From assembly GCA_052168215.1 (NCBI GenBank), contig JBQLZJ010000009.1:16049-80048 (forward strand): a stretch of 64,000 nt of DNA, given 5' to 3'. Positions 48,161 to 56,870 of the stretch are shown here, piece by piece. The notes beneath the pieces were generated by a model, which had not been told where the DNA came from, did no database searches, and saw only the letters and a list, made by a program, of their open reading frames with translations. Source of the stretch: Phycisphaerales bacterium. Lineage in GTDB: Bacteria > Planctomycetota > Phycisphaerae > Phycisphaerales > UBA1924. Every line of letters begins with the position of its first letter. Position 1 is the stretch's first letter. Made by a program: the position numbers and the translations under genes.

Positions 48161-49195
48161 ATGCGAGTGCTTGTCACCGGCGCAACCGGGTTCACCGGCG
48201 GACGGCTCGTGGAGATGTGTCGCGAGCGCGGCCGCACGGTGGTGGCCCTCGCGCGCCCCAGCGCCGACACCGCGCGCATCGAGAGCGCTGGCGCGGAGAT
48301 CCATCGCGGGGATGTGACCGATGCGGAGAGCGTGCTCGCCGCCGCCCGAGGCTGCGAGGAGATCTACCACATCGCTGCGCTCTACCGCTCCGCGAAGCAC
48401 GCCGACAGCGTGTATCACGATGTCAACGTCGGCGGCACCGCGCATGTGCTCGAGGCGGCGCGCCGCCTCGGCGTCCGGCGCGTCGTGCACTGCTCGACCG
48501 TCGGCGTGCACGGCAAGGTCGCCAGCCTGCCCGTCGATGAGAACGCGCCGTTTGCGCCGGGTGACATCTACCAGCGCACCAAGCTCGAGGGAGAGCGGCT
48601 GGCGCAGCGGGCGATCCGCGACGGGTTGCCGGTGGTCATCGCGCGGCCGGCGGGCATCTACGGTCCCGGCGACCTGCGGTTCCTCAAGCTCTTCCGCGCG
48701 ATCCAGTCGCGCAGCTTCCGCATGATCGGCTCCGGTCGGGTGGTGTACCACTTCACCTACATCGACGACCTCTGCCGGGGCTTCATGGACTGCGCCAAGC
48801 ACCCCAACGCGGTCGGCGGCACCTTCATCCTGTGCGGCGACGGGTACCACCCGATCAGCGAGGTGGCGTCGATCGTGGCCGAGGCGGTCGGTCAGCCGCT
48901 GCGCCCCGGGCGCGTGCCGGTCGCGCCGGTGATGCTCGCCGCGACGCTGTGCGAGGCGCTCTGCAAGCCGCTGGGCATCGAGCCGCCGCTGTTCCGGCGC
49001 CGGCTGGACTTCTTCGTGAAGAACCGGGCGTTCACGAACGCCCACGCGAGGGCGACCATCGGGTTCCGGCCCAGGGTCGGTCTTCGCGACGGGCTCTTCC
49101 GAACGGCCGCGTGGTACTACCAGCAAGGGCTGCTCGCGGGACCGGCGCCGGAGGCGCTCGCCGCCGAGTGCCCCAGCGAACCCGGGGTGCTCTGA
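48161..49195 (+). CDS. NAD-dependent epimerase/dehydratase (extended SDR), tandem paralog
   Basis: ATG at codon 10 gives MRVLVTGATGFTGGRLVE. Catalytic motif IYQRTK. Collinear with the preceding gene. Confidence 0.8.
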   Translation: MRVLVTGATGFTGGRLVEMCRERGRTVVALARPSADTARIESAGAEIHRGDVTDAESVLAAARGCEEIYHIAALYRSAKHADSVYHDVNVGGTAHVLEAARRLGVRRVVHCSTVGVHGKVASLPVDENAPFAPGDIYQRTKLEGERLAQRAIRDGLPVVIARPAGIYGPGDLRFLKLFRAIQSRSFRMIGSGRVVYHFTYIDDLCRGFMDCAKHPNAVGGTFILCGDGYHPISEVASIVAEAVGQPLRPGRVPVAPVMLAATLCEALCKPLGIEPPLFRRRLDFFVKNRAFTNAHARATIGFRPRVGLRDGLFRTAAWYYQQGLLAGPAPEALAAECPSEPGVL

Positions 49196-49330
49196 TCCGA
49201 AGCTATCGGTCGCGGTCGGCACCCCCGGTTCCAGCGGCATGGTGACGGAGCTGCGCCAGCCCGGCCCGTCGCCGGTGGCACGACCGTCACGCGGGTCCAG
49301 TTCGATCCGGATCCGCCCGACGCAGATGGT

Positions 49331-50665
49331 GTGACCGTGGCGCCACCGAAGATGAGCTGGCTCACCGCCCGGTGGACGCGACCGGTCCTCATCGGCGCGG
49401 TACTGGCCGCGCAGACGGCCGTCATCGCCGGGGCGTGGCTCTTGGGGCTGCGCGACATCGTGTCGGGCGTCGCGCGTGATTCCGCCGCCCGTGTGGAGGT
49501 CGCCTCCGAGGGCACGGCTCTGGGGATCGCGCTGGCGATCGTCAAGGCCGAGATCGCATCGCTCGAGCGGGGGTCCGCGGACTGGACCCGCGCGCAGGAG
49601 CTGCTCGCGAGCCTGGGCCTGCCCGATGGCGTCTCGGTGGCGCTGGTAGGCGACGACGGCCGCGTGCTGTGCGACCCGGCGATGTCACCGCTGCCGGGCT
49701 TCGACGCCTCGGGCCGCGTGCTGGCCGGGGCCGCGGTGACGGCGTCGGCGCCGATCCCGGGGCTCGACGCCGCGGTCGTGATCCATGAGCCGGCTCGGCC
49801 GGGCCTCGGTGCCGACCGAGCCGAGACCACCGCGGCTGTCCAGACCGCCATCGCCGGCGTCGTGATCCTCACCCTGACCGGCATCGGCGCCGCGGCGCTC
49901 ATCTCGATCCACGGCCGGCGGCTCGAACGGCAGAATCGGCTGCTCACCGAGCGCATGACGGAGCAGTCGGCGCAGGTGCTCCGCATCCGCGAGGCGATGA
50001 TCCTCGGGCTCGCCAAGCTGGCCGACTACAGGGACTCGGACACCGGCCGGCACCTCGACCGCATCTGCTCGTATGTCGTGCTGCTCGCCGAGGCGCTGCG
50101 GGATCGCTTCGCCGAGATCGACGACGAGTACATCCGCGATCTGCGCCTCGCCGCGTCGCTGCACGATATCGGGAAGGTCGGCGTGCCGGACGCTGTGCTG
50201 CTCAAGCGGGGCCGGCTCACCGAGGACGAAATGGCCGTGATCCGGATGCACCCGGGCATCGGCGCGGCGACGCTCGAGGCGATCCGCGATCGGGTCGGCG
50301 CCGACGACCCGCTGCTGTCCATGTCCATCGACATCGCGCTCCGGCACCACGAGCGGTGGGACGGGTCGGGCTACCCCGGCGGACTTGTTCGGGACGAGAC
50401 GCCCCTGTCGGCTCGGCTGCTGGCGGTCGCGGATGTGTACGACGCGCTGACCTCCGCGCGGGTCTACAAGGACGCCATGCCGCACGACGACGCCGTCCGC
50501 ATCATCCGCGACAGCAGCGGCTCGCACCTCGACCCGGCCGTGGTCGAGGCGTTCGTAGCCGTGGCGGACCGGTTTGACGGCGTTCGCCGCGTGCTCCAGC
50601 AGCCCACGGACGCGTCCGATTGCCCCCGTCACCTCGGGGCGGCCGCGGCCGCTTCCGTGGCGTGA
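49331..50665 (+). CDS. Membrane-anchored sensor with an HD-GYP c-di-GMP phosphodiesterase domain
   Basis: N-terminal TM helix, a periplasmic-type segment and a second TM helix. Then LHDIGKVGVPDAVLLK...HHERWDGSGYPGGL...VADVYDALTSARVYK. Alternative ATG at 49352. Confidence 0.8.
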   Translation: MTVAPPKMSWLTARWTRPVLIGAVLAAQTAVIAGAWLLGLRDIVSGVARDSAARVEVASEGTALGIALAIVKAEIASLERGSADWTRAQELLASLGLPDGVSVALVGDDGRVLCDPAMSPLPGFDASGRVLAGAAVTASAPIPGLDAAVVIHEPARPGLGADRAETTAAVQTAIAGVVILTLTGIGAAALISIHGRRLERQNRLLTERMTEQSAQVLRIREAMILGLAKLADYRDSDTGRHLDRICSYVVLLAEALRDRFAEIDDEYIRDLRLAASLHDIGKVGVPDAVLLKRGRLTEDEMAVIRMHPGIGAATLEAIRDRVGADDPLLSMSIDIALRHHERWDGSGYPGGLVRDETPLSARLLAVADVYDALTSARVYKDAMPHDDAVRIIRDSSGSHLDPAVVEAFVAVADRFDGVRRVLQQPTDASDCPRHLGAAAAASVA

Positions 50666-50671
50666 CGGGCG

Positions 50672-51961
50672 TCACCGCACCTTGAGCACCACGAGCGTGC
50701 GGTCGTCGTCCGCCGGCCTGCCCGCGGTGAACGCCTCGAGCGCCTGCAGCACGGAGCGGATCAGCGCCTCGGCGTCGATGCCGCAGTTGGCGAGCACCCC
50801 GTCGAGCCGCTCGACCTCGAAGATCTCGTCGCTGTCGTTGAACGCCTCGGTGATGCCGTCGGTGTAGAGCACGACCTGGTCCCCCGGGACGAGCTCGACG
50901 CGGGCCTCTGGATAGTCGATGTGTTCGGCGATGCCGAGCGGGAGCGCCTGCGCGCCGTCGAGGATGAACATGGATCCGTCGCTGCAGCGTTTGACGCGCG
51001 GCGGGTTGTGCCCGGCGCTGGAGTAGACGAACGATCGGTCGGCGGGGTCGAAGATCCCGTAGAACGCGGTGACGAAGGTACCCTGCGAGGTGTATCGCGC
51101 CGCCAGCCGGTCGTTGACATACTCAAGGAGCTTGCCGGGCGGAAGGGTGTCGCTCGGCGCGGTGTGGGCGAGCGCGTGCATGATGGCCATGAGCACCGCC
51201 GCCGGCGTGCCGTGGCCGCAGACATCCGCGATGAGGAAGCCCCATCGCCCGCCGGCGAGGGGGAAGATGTCGTAGTAGTCGCCCCCGGCTCTGGCGCTGG
51301 TCTCGTAGTGCGCCGCAACGCCGAGGGAGTCGATCTCGGGGATCGTTGCCGGCAGCAGCGATCGCTGGATGTCCGCGACGGTCTTGAGCTCGGCATCGAC
51401 GCGCTGGTACGCCTTGTCCAGCTCGCGTCGGAGCACGAGGTTGTGGGTCGCTCGGCCGAAGAGATTGGTGCGCCAGACCATGTCCGGCAGCTCGGTCGGG
51501 TTGAACGCGGCGCGGCCCCGGCGGGCCATCACGACCATGTTCTTGGCGATGCCCTCGTCGAAGGCGGGGATCGCCACGGCCGAGCCCATGCCCGCGATGT
51601 ACGCCGAAGCCGGGTCATCGTCCGCCAGGCGGAGCTCATCGATGACCGCGGCCTCGCCGGCGTAGAGCAGATCGTGCAGCACGCCCCGGTCATAGATCGG
51701 CAGCCGATCCGGGTTCAGCCAGGGGTCGACCTCCTGCTCCCAGGCCGAGGCCCGGGTCACCTTGAACAGCGGCGGCTCGAGTGACCGCCGGCTGATCGAG
51801 ACGAAGGCATCGACCGGGTACATCTGCGAGATGCGAGACCGGTACGAGCGGACCATCTCCTGCGGCTCGCTCTGCTCGGAGAGCTCGCGCATCATGGCGG
51901 TCACCTCGGTGAGCCGCCGCCGCCAGTCCGTCGATCTGTCTCCGTCCAGCCGCTCCACCAC
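50672..51961 (-). CDS. GAF-like sensor plus PP2C/SpoIIE-family Ser phosphatase (RsbU-like)
   Basis: This is only the C-terminal part of track ORF 50672..53548. Contains DIQRSLLPATIPEIDSLGVAAHYETSARAGGDYYDIF...FLIADVCGHGTPAAVLMA...VLYTDGITEA. Start is either GTG at 51961 or ATG at 51895. Confidence 0.75.
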   Translation of the reverse strand: MVERLDGDRSTDWRRRLTEVTAMMRELSEQSEPQEMVRSYRSRISQMYPVDAFVSISRRSLEPPLFKVTRASAWEQEVDPWLNPDRLPIYDRGVLHDLLYAGEAAVIDELRLADDDPASAYIAGMGSAVAIPAFDEGIAKNMVVMARRGRAAFNPTELPDMVWRTNLFGRATHNLVLRRELDKAYQRVDAELKTVADIQRSLLPATIPEIDSLGVAAHYETSARAGGDYYDIFPLAGGRWGFLIADVCGHGTPAAVLMAIMHALAHTAPSDTLPPGKLLEYVNDRLAARYTSQGTFVTAFYGIFDPADRSFVYSSAGHNPPRVKRCSDGSMFILDGAQALPLGIAEHIDYPEARVELVPGDQVVLYTDGITEAFNDSDEIFEVERLDGVLANCGIDAEALIRSVLQALEAFTAGRPADDDRTLVVLKVR

Positions 51962-52027
51962 CGTTGGTCTCCAGAGCTCTTGTCGTCCGAGGTTGCGAAC
52001 CACGCGCCACCCGGCGATAGTACCGCC

Positions 52028-53581
52028 ATGCACCACACGCCCAGAGACACCGCTCGACGCCCGCTGTACTCGTGCTCCTCCTCGCGAACCGCACCGTGGA
52101 CGGGCTTGTTCCGCGTCGTGTGGCTCGCGCTGCCTCTGATGCTCTCGGGCTGCGGGCTGTTCGGTGGCGGTGATTCGGAGCCGGCTCGGCGGGCGGTGGT
52201 CCCCTCGGCCGTCCCCGCGACGCCGCCGATGACCATCGCTCTCGACGGTCGCATCGACGACTGGCCCACGGAGTCGGCCGCCGTCGCGGACCGCGACTAC
52301 CTCTATCTGCGTTTCAAGGCCGATCGGCCGACTTCGCTGCAGTCGAACGGCGAGGCGCTGATGGTCCAGCTCGATGTCGACGCCGACCCGTTGACGGGTC
52401 GCCGGGACGGGCCCCTGGGCATCGATCTGGCGATCACCTTCTCCCCCCCTGGTGATGAGGGCGAGCTGAAGGGCGGCACACGCGTCGAAGTCATCTCGCC
52501 GGAGGGTGAGAAGTCGATCGTGCCCGCCGCGGCGCTCGACATTGCCTTCGCTCCGACGCACGCTTCCGAGTGGTTCGAGCTGCGCATCGGGCGGCGCTTC
52601 GCCGTGGAAGGTCTGCTCCCCAACCGGGGGCTGCTCGGCTCGGGGAGCGTGGCGGGGAGGATCGTGCTCTACAGCGCGCTCGGCCGACCGATCGCCGCGG
52701 CCGACCGGTTCGAGCTCGAACTCGTACCCGCCTCGGGTCGACCCAACCGTGACGCGATTCTGGTGCCGGAGCGTTCGCTGGGGTCCGTGCGGATCGTCGC
52801 GTTCAATGTGCTCAACAGCTCGCCCGACAAGACGCCCGAGCCGTTCACGCGTCTGCTGCGTGCGCTCGAGCCGGATGTGGTGCTGGTGCAGGAGTGGTAC
52901 GACCAGACGCCCGAGTCGCTCGCGGCGTGGTTCAACCGGGAGCTGCCGATCGCGACGAGCTGGCAGGCCGTGACCTCCGAGGGCCGCGGCGTCGCGGTGG
53001 TCAGCCGGCTCGATCTCCAGCCGCTCGGCCCGCCCGCGGTGGTGATCCGGCCGGAGGGCGAGGACCGGACGGTCCGCGTGGCGGCCGCGCTGGTGGATTC
53101 CCCCGCGGGCCCGCTCGCGGTGGCGAGCGTCCACCTGAAGTGCTGCGGGTCGCTGGGCGGTCGGGAGGACTTGCTCCGCAGCGCCGAGGCGTCGGCCATC
53201 ACCGCCATGCTGCGCGAGGCGCTCGCGGACGCTGGTCCGCACGGCCTCGTGATCGCGGGGGACTACAACCTCGTCGGCGGCACCGAGCCGCTCGCGATCA
53301 TGAGCGAGGGGATGGACCTCGACGGGTCCGAGCTGCTCGTCGTCGAGCCGTTCGTCCTGGGCGATCCCGCGGTGTACACCTGGTCCGACCCGCGGAGCGC
53401 GTTCCTGCCCGGTCGTCTGGACTACGCCGCGGTCTCCGACAGCGTGCTGGAGGTCGAGCGGGCCTTCGTATTTGATGCCGAGCGTCTGGACCCGATCGCG
53501 CTCGAGGCGATGAACCTCGATCCGCTCGACAGCCGGGCGAGCGACCACCGCCCGCTGGTCATCGATGTCCGCTCACGCTGA
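52028..53581 (+). CDS. Lipoprotein with an N-terminal beta-sandwich-like domain and a C-terminal endonuclease/exonuclease/phosphatase (EEP) domain
   Basis: Lipobox WLALPLMLSGC. EEP-like: VRIVAFNVLN...PDVVLVQEW...VASVHLK...VIAGDYN...SDHRPLVIDV. Confidence 0.7.
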   Translation: MHHTPRDTARRPLYSCSSSRTAPWTGLFRVVWLALPLMLSGCGLFGGGDSEPARRAVVPSAVPATPPMTIALDGRIDDWPTESAAVADRDYLYLRFKADRPTSLQSNGEALMVQLDVDADPLTGRRDGPLGIDLAITFSPPGDEGELKGGTRVEVISPEGEKSIVPAAALDIAFAPTHASEWFELRIGRRFAVEGLLPNRGLLGSGSVAGRIVLYSALGRPIAAADRFELELVPASGRPNRDAILVPERSLGSVRIVAFNVLNSSPDKTPEPFTRLLRALEPDVVLVQEWYDQTPESLAAWFNRELPIATSWQAVTSEGRGVAVVSRLDLQPLGPPAVVIRPEGEDRTVRVAAALVDSPAGPLAVASVHLKCCGSLGGREDLLRSAEASAITAMLREALADAGPHGLVIAGDYNLVGGTEPLAIMSEGMDLDGSELLVVEPFVLGDPAVYTWSDPRSAFLPGRLDYAAVSDSVLEVERAFVFDAERLDPIALEAMNLDPLDSRASDHRPLVIDVRSR

Positions 53582-54334
53582 GGCCGTCGGCTCGGTGGCG
53601 TCGGCCCGCTGCCGGGCGATGCGGATGGTCCCGTCGGCCTCGTGCTCGACCAGGCCGAGCGCATCGAGGGCGCGCAGCGCGGCCCGCTGCTCCGCCTGCT
53701 TCTTGCTCGCGCCCTCACCCGGCTCGTAGAGCTCGCCGGCGATCTCCACGCACACGACGAAGGTCTTGGCGTGATCCGGGCCGGACTGCGACACCACCCG
53801 GTAGCAGGGCGTGGACTGCAGCGACCGCTGCACATGCTGCTGCAGGACTGACTTGTAGTTCTGCTGGTGGCCGCTCTCGGCGGCGTCGAGGATGTGCGGC
53901 TCCAGGAGCGGGCCGAGCCACGCGCGCACCGGGTCGAGGCCGCCGTCGAGGTACACCGCCGCGATCGTCGATTCCAGCGACGCCGCCGCGAGCGAGTGCG
54001 GCAGCGAGCCCTTCTGGTCCCGGATCCCTTTGCCTAGGCGGATCAGCGGCTCGAGACCGATACGCTGCGCGATCTTCGCGCACACGCGCCGGCTGACCGC
54101 GACGGACTTGATCTTCGTCATCTCGCCTTCGAGCAGATCCGGGAAGACGCGGTAGATGGCCTCGCACGCCACCAGCCCGAGCACCGCGTCGCCCAGGAAC
54201 TCGAGCCGTTCGTTCGATTCCAGCCGGCCGTCCGACACCGACGCGTGCGTGAGCGCGCGGACGATGAGGTCCGGGTTGGCGAACCGGTACCCGACGATCG
54301 ACTCGACCTCTTCCACCAGATCCCGGCTGTCCAT
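53573..54334 (-). CDS. rnc: Ribonuclease III
   Basis: ATG at codon 92 gives MDSRDLVEEVESIVGYRFANPDLIVRALTHASV...ESNERLEFLGDAVLGLV. The C-terminal dsRBD is GPDHAKTFVVCVEIAGE...GEGASKKQAEQRAA. Confidence 0.9.
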   Translation of the reverse strand: MDSRDLVEEVESIVGYRFANPDLIVRALTHASVSDGRLESNERLEFLGDAVLGLVACEAIYRVFPDLLEGEMTKIKSVAVSRRVCAKIAQRIGLEPLIRLGKGIRDQKGSLPHSLAAASLESTIAAVYLDGGLDPVRAWLGPLLEPHILDAAESGHQQNYKSVLQQHVQRSLQSTPCYRVVSQSGPDHAKTFVVCVEIAGELYEPGEGASKKQAEQRAALRALDALGLVEHEADGTIRIARQRADATEPTASA

Positions 54335-54741
54335 GCGAAGCGCGCCTGTTGACCGGTCGCCGACTCGTGGTCGGCACCGCACCCACGCCCGCGTGCGCCG
54401 GGCGTGCAGGTGGTGTCCATCGGTCCGATGCCCGGAGACACCGGAAGGGTGTCGGCCCGCTCGCCTGACCGCCGACCGGACGCGCGGGCGTCCGGCGAGC
54501 AGAGGGGCGAAAGCGCCGATCGCGGAACGCGCCCGCCCGCACGCGGCGGACGCCGTTCCTCCGGTCTGTTCTATCGTCGCCGACCCCGGCACGCCAGAGC
54601 GCAACACAGAATTTGGGCCGTGTTCAGGTCCCAGAGCGCGCGGCGGCAGGCCCGCGGGGCTGGACCCGACGCGGGAGGGACCCTACAAATGCTCCCCGAA
54701 GGCCGTGGTGGGCCCTCGGACGCCGCAACCGGAGCCCTCTC

Positions 54742-54882
54742 ATGGCCATGCACTACCCCCGCCGGATCAGCAAGCTGAAGAAGAAGCGTGGCCAGGGCTT
54801 CCGCGCTCGGATGAAGACCAAGGGTGGGCGGAAGATCATCAATCGCCGCCGCCGCATCGGCCGCCACCTCAAGTTCGCCTGA
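54742..54882 (+). CDS. rpmH: 50S ribosomal protein L34
   Basis: MAMHYPRRISKLKKKRGQGFRARMKTKGGRKIINRRRRIGRHLKFA contains the GFRARM-T--GRK----RR--GR signature. The upstream part of track ORF 54613.. is rejected. Confidence 0.85.
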   Translation: MAMHYPRRISKLKKKRGQGFRARMKTKGGRKIINRRRRIGRHLKFA

Positions 54883-54897
54883 GGCAGCGCTGCCCTG

Positions 54898-55938
54898 TTA
54901 GGGCGCTACGACATAGACCTGCTGCAGCGGGAAGCGGTGACGCAGGTCCGGCGATAGATTCGCATAGCTCGACAAGAACAGATCCACAAAGCGATCCGCA
55001 TCGATCAGGATGAGGTTTGCGTCGTTCTGCTCGGTGTGCTTGGCATCGCTTGAGAACCCGCCCAAGCTGATCAGCACGCCCTTTTCCCCCGGATTGAGCA
55101 CGCCGCGGAGTTGCTTGACCGCCGGTGCTCCGATGGTTGAGGTGCCGCTCTTGGCTTGGATCTTGAGCAGGGGGGGCGTGACCCCGAGCGGGTCCATGTG
55201 CGCGATGACATCGACGCCCAGGTCACGGGTGCCCTGCTGCGTGACCGCGGTGTACCCGAGCGCCCGAAACACGCCGGCGACGACCTCCTCAAAGTCCTGG
55301 GCTGTGCGGATCCAGCGGCGGATGAGGTAGTCCTTGGTCGCTTGGACCACCTCGTCGGCGGCGAAGGCCGCATCGTCCTCGCTCTGCTCTGCCTCGGCGT
55401 CTTGGCTGAGTTCGACGGGCTTGGCTGCGGGCTCGTGTTGCGCCAGCTGTCCGCGGAGCACCGCCCGAACCTCATCGAGGTGGTCGTCCGCTGTTGACAC
55501 GGACGAGAAGCTGCCGAAGCTGCGCAGAGCGGCCTGACTGAACCGAACGCGGGGCACCTTCGAGATCCACTCGACGGGCCGGACATTGCAGTAATCGTGC
55601 TCTCGCAGGTCGCTGTCAGCGGACCAACTGTAGTCGCCGGCGATACGCCCGATCAGCACATCACGCGACGCCTTGATCGGATACACAACCGGATCGCCGA
55701 CCTGCATCTCATGAGCGAAGCGGTAGACCTGGCCGTACGACGAACGGACGGATGCGGCCGATTTACCTGGAAACGCGGCTTCATACGCCGCCTTGAGCTT
55801 CTCGGGCGTGTCGTACGGCGAGAGGTTGCCGATCCGGGTCCAGCCGATGCAGACAAAGCCCTCGGCCTGCGCTCGCTGAGCGATCCGCTTGTGGTTCGAG
55901 ATGTGCACGACCCACAGCCGCTCTGCAGACTCGAACAT
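54898..55938 (-). CDS. Mrr-type (PD-(D/E)xK) restriction endonuclease-like protein with an unassigned N-terminal reader-like domain
   Basis: ATG at codon 79 of track ORF 54898..56172. The C-terminal half is FEEVVAGVFRALGYTAVTQQGTRDLGVDVIAH...LLKIQAKSGTSTIGAPAVKQLRGVL...GVLISLGGFSSDAKHT...LILIDADRFVDLFL, collinear with the Mrr catalytic domain. An acidic linker is present. The N-terminal approximately 150 aa is LWVVHISNHKRIAQRAQAEGFVCIGW...MQVGDPVVYP...LIGRIAGDY. Confidence 0.75.
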   Translation of the reverse strand: MFESAERLWVVHISNHKRIAQRAQAEGFVCIGWTRIGNLSPYDTPEKLKAAYEAAFPGKSAASVRSSYGQVYRFAHEMQVGDPVVYPIKASRDVLIGRIAGDYSWSADSDLREHDYCNVRPVEWISKVPRVRFSQAALRSFGSFSSVSTADDHLDEVRAVLRGQLAQHEPAAKPVELSQDAEAEQSEDDAAFAADEVVQATKDYLIRRWIRTAQDFEEVVAGVFRALGYTAVTQQGTRDLGVDVIAHMDPLGVTPPLLKIQAKSGTSTIGAPAVKQLRGVLNPGEKGVLISLGGFSSDAKHTEQNDANLILIDADRFVDLFLSSYANLSPDLRHRFPLQQVYVVAP

Positions 55939-55978
55939 CGCTGCGGTTCCCCCCTCCGAACGGTGAGACCGGACTTCG

Positions 55979-56551
55979 CTACCGTCCCGGCAGGCCCAGC
56001 CCGACCGGCTGGGGCTTCGGCGAGTGGCTGGGCTGGATGGCGATGCCCAGGCCGACGCGTTCGCCGTCCGGGCCGCGCGGCGGGATGCCGTCCTCGTCGA
56101 TGATCCGCTGGATCGCCATGCACCCTTCGAGCAGCTGCTCGGGCCGGGGGGGGCAGCCGGGGACATAGACATCGACGGGGATGAACTGGTCGACGCCCTG
56201 GACGACGGCGTAGGTGTCGAACACGCCGCCGGTGGAGGCGCAAGCGCCCATGGAGATGACCCACTTGGGCTCGTTCATCTGGCGATAGATCCGCTGGAGC
56301 ACGGGCATCATCTTGATGCCGATGCGGCCGGCGACGATCATCAGGTCGGCCTGACGGGGGCTGAAGCTCATCTTTTCCATGCCGAAGCGGGCGATGTCGT
56401 ACCGGCTGGACGCCGTCGCCATCAGCTCGATCCCGCAGCACGCGGTGGCGAAGGGCATGGGCCACAGCGAACTCCGGCGTGCCCAGTTGATCACCCGGCG
56501 CAGCTGCGTAGTCAGGACCAGATCGTTCGGGAGCGCGGCTTCGATGCCCAT
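55979..56551 (-). CDS. nuoB: NADH-quinone oxidoreductase subunit B (20-kDa, N2 Fe-S), unlinked to other nuo genes
   Basis: [44 protein letters not shown] and [13 protein letters not shown] supply the four cluster cysteines. Confidence 0.9.
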   Translation of the reverse strand: MGIEAALPNDLVLTTQLRRVINWARRSSLWPMPFATACCGIELMATASSRYDIARFGMEKMSFSPRQADLMIVAGRIGIKMMPVLQRIYRQMNEPKWVISMGACASTGGVFDTYAVVQGVDQFIPVDVYVPGCPPRPEQLLEGCMAIQRIIDEDGIPPRGPDGERVGLGIAIQPSHSPKPQPVGLGLPGR

Positions 56552-56639
56552 CGGTTCGTCCTTTCGGTCATCGATGGTATTCGGCGTTCCGCGACGGGTC
56601 GATCCACCGCCCGACGGCTCCGGAGCGGGGAAAGTCCGA

Positions 56640-56870
56640 TCAGTCGTCGCGGCTCGTGGGGGGCTCGGCCGCGGGGCCGAGCAGGCTCTCGCGCTTGATG
56701 CGGCGTTCCGGCACGCGCGGGTCGCGGGCGGCGGCCTGGCGGAGCTCCTCGCTGTCCGCGGCCAGGCCCCGGCCCGACACGACCTTTCGGTAGCAGCCTG
56801 GCGCCAGGGCCGCGTACGCCGCCAGCATCCCGAGACCCAGCATGATGGACATTCTGATCCGCCTCTTCAC
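56640..56870 (-). CDS. Small lipoprotein of unknown function
   Basis: A GTG overlapping the yihY stop (GTGA) gives (M)[25 protein letters not shown] with a lipobox. Alternative ATG at 56852. Confidence 0.45.
   Translation of the reverse strand: MKRRIRMSIMLGLGMLAAYAALAPGCYRKVVSGRGLAADSEELRQAAARDPRVPERRIKRESLLGPAAEPPTSRDD

Noticed and set aside
50672-53548. 958-aa minus-strand ORF taken as a single gene.
   Set aside because: Only the last approximately 430 codons (the GAF-PP2C phosphatase) look real. The N-terminal approximately 530 codons are antisense to the EEP-domain lipoprotein gene, which has clear motifs and a lipobox.
54613-54741. N-terminal 43-codon extension of rpmH in the track ORF.
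   Set aside because: L34 is about 45 aa and the conserved sequence begins at MAMHYPRR. The extension is R/G/P-rich.
54883-54894. 12-nt perfect palindrome ggcagcgctgcc filling the gap between the convergent rpmH and Mrr-like stops.
   Set aside because: It is too short for a stable terminator hairpin and too simple to call a specific protein site. It is noted only as context for the Mrr insertion.
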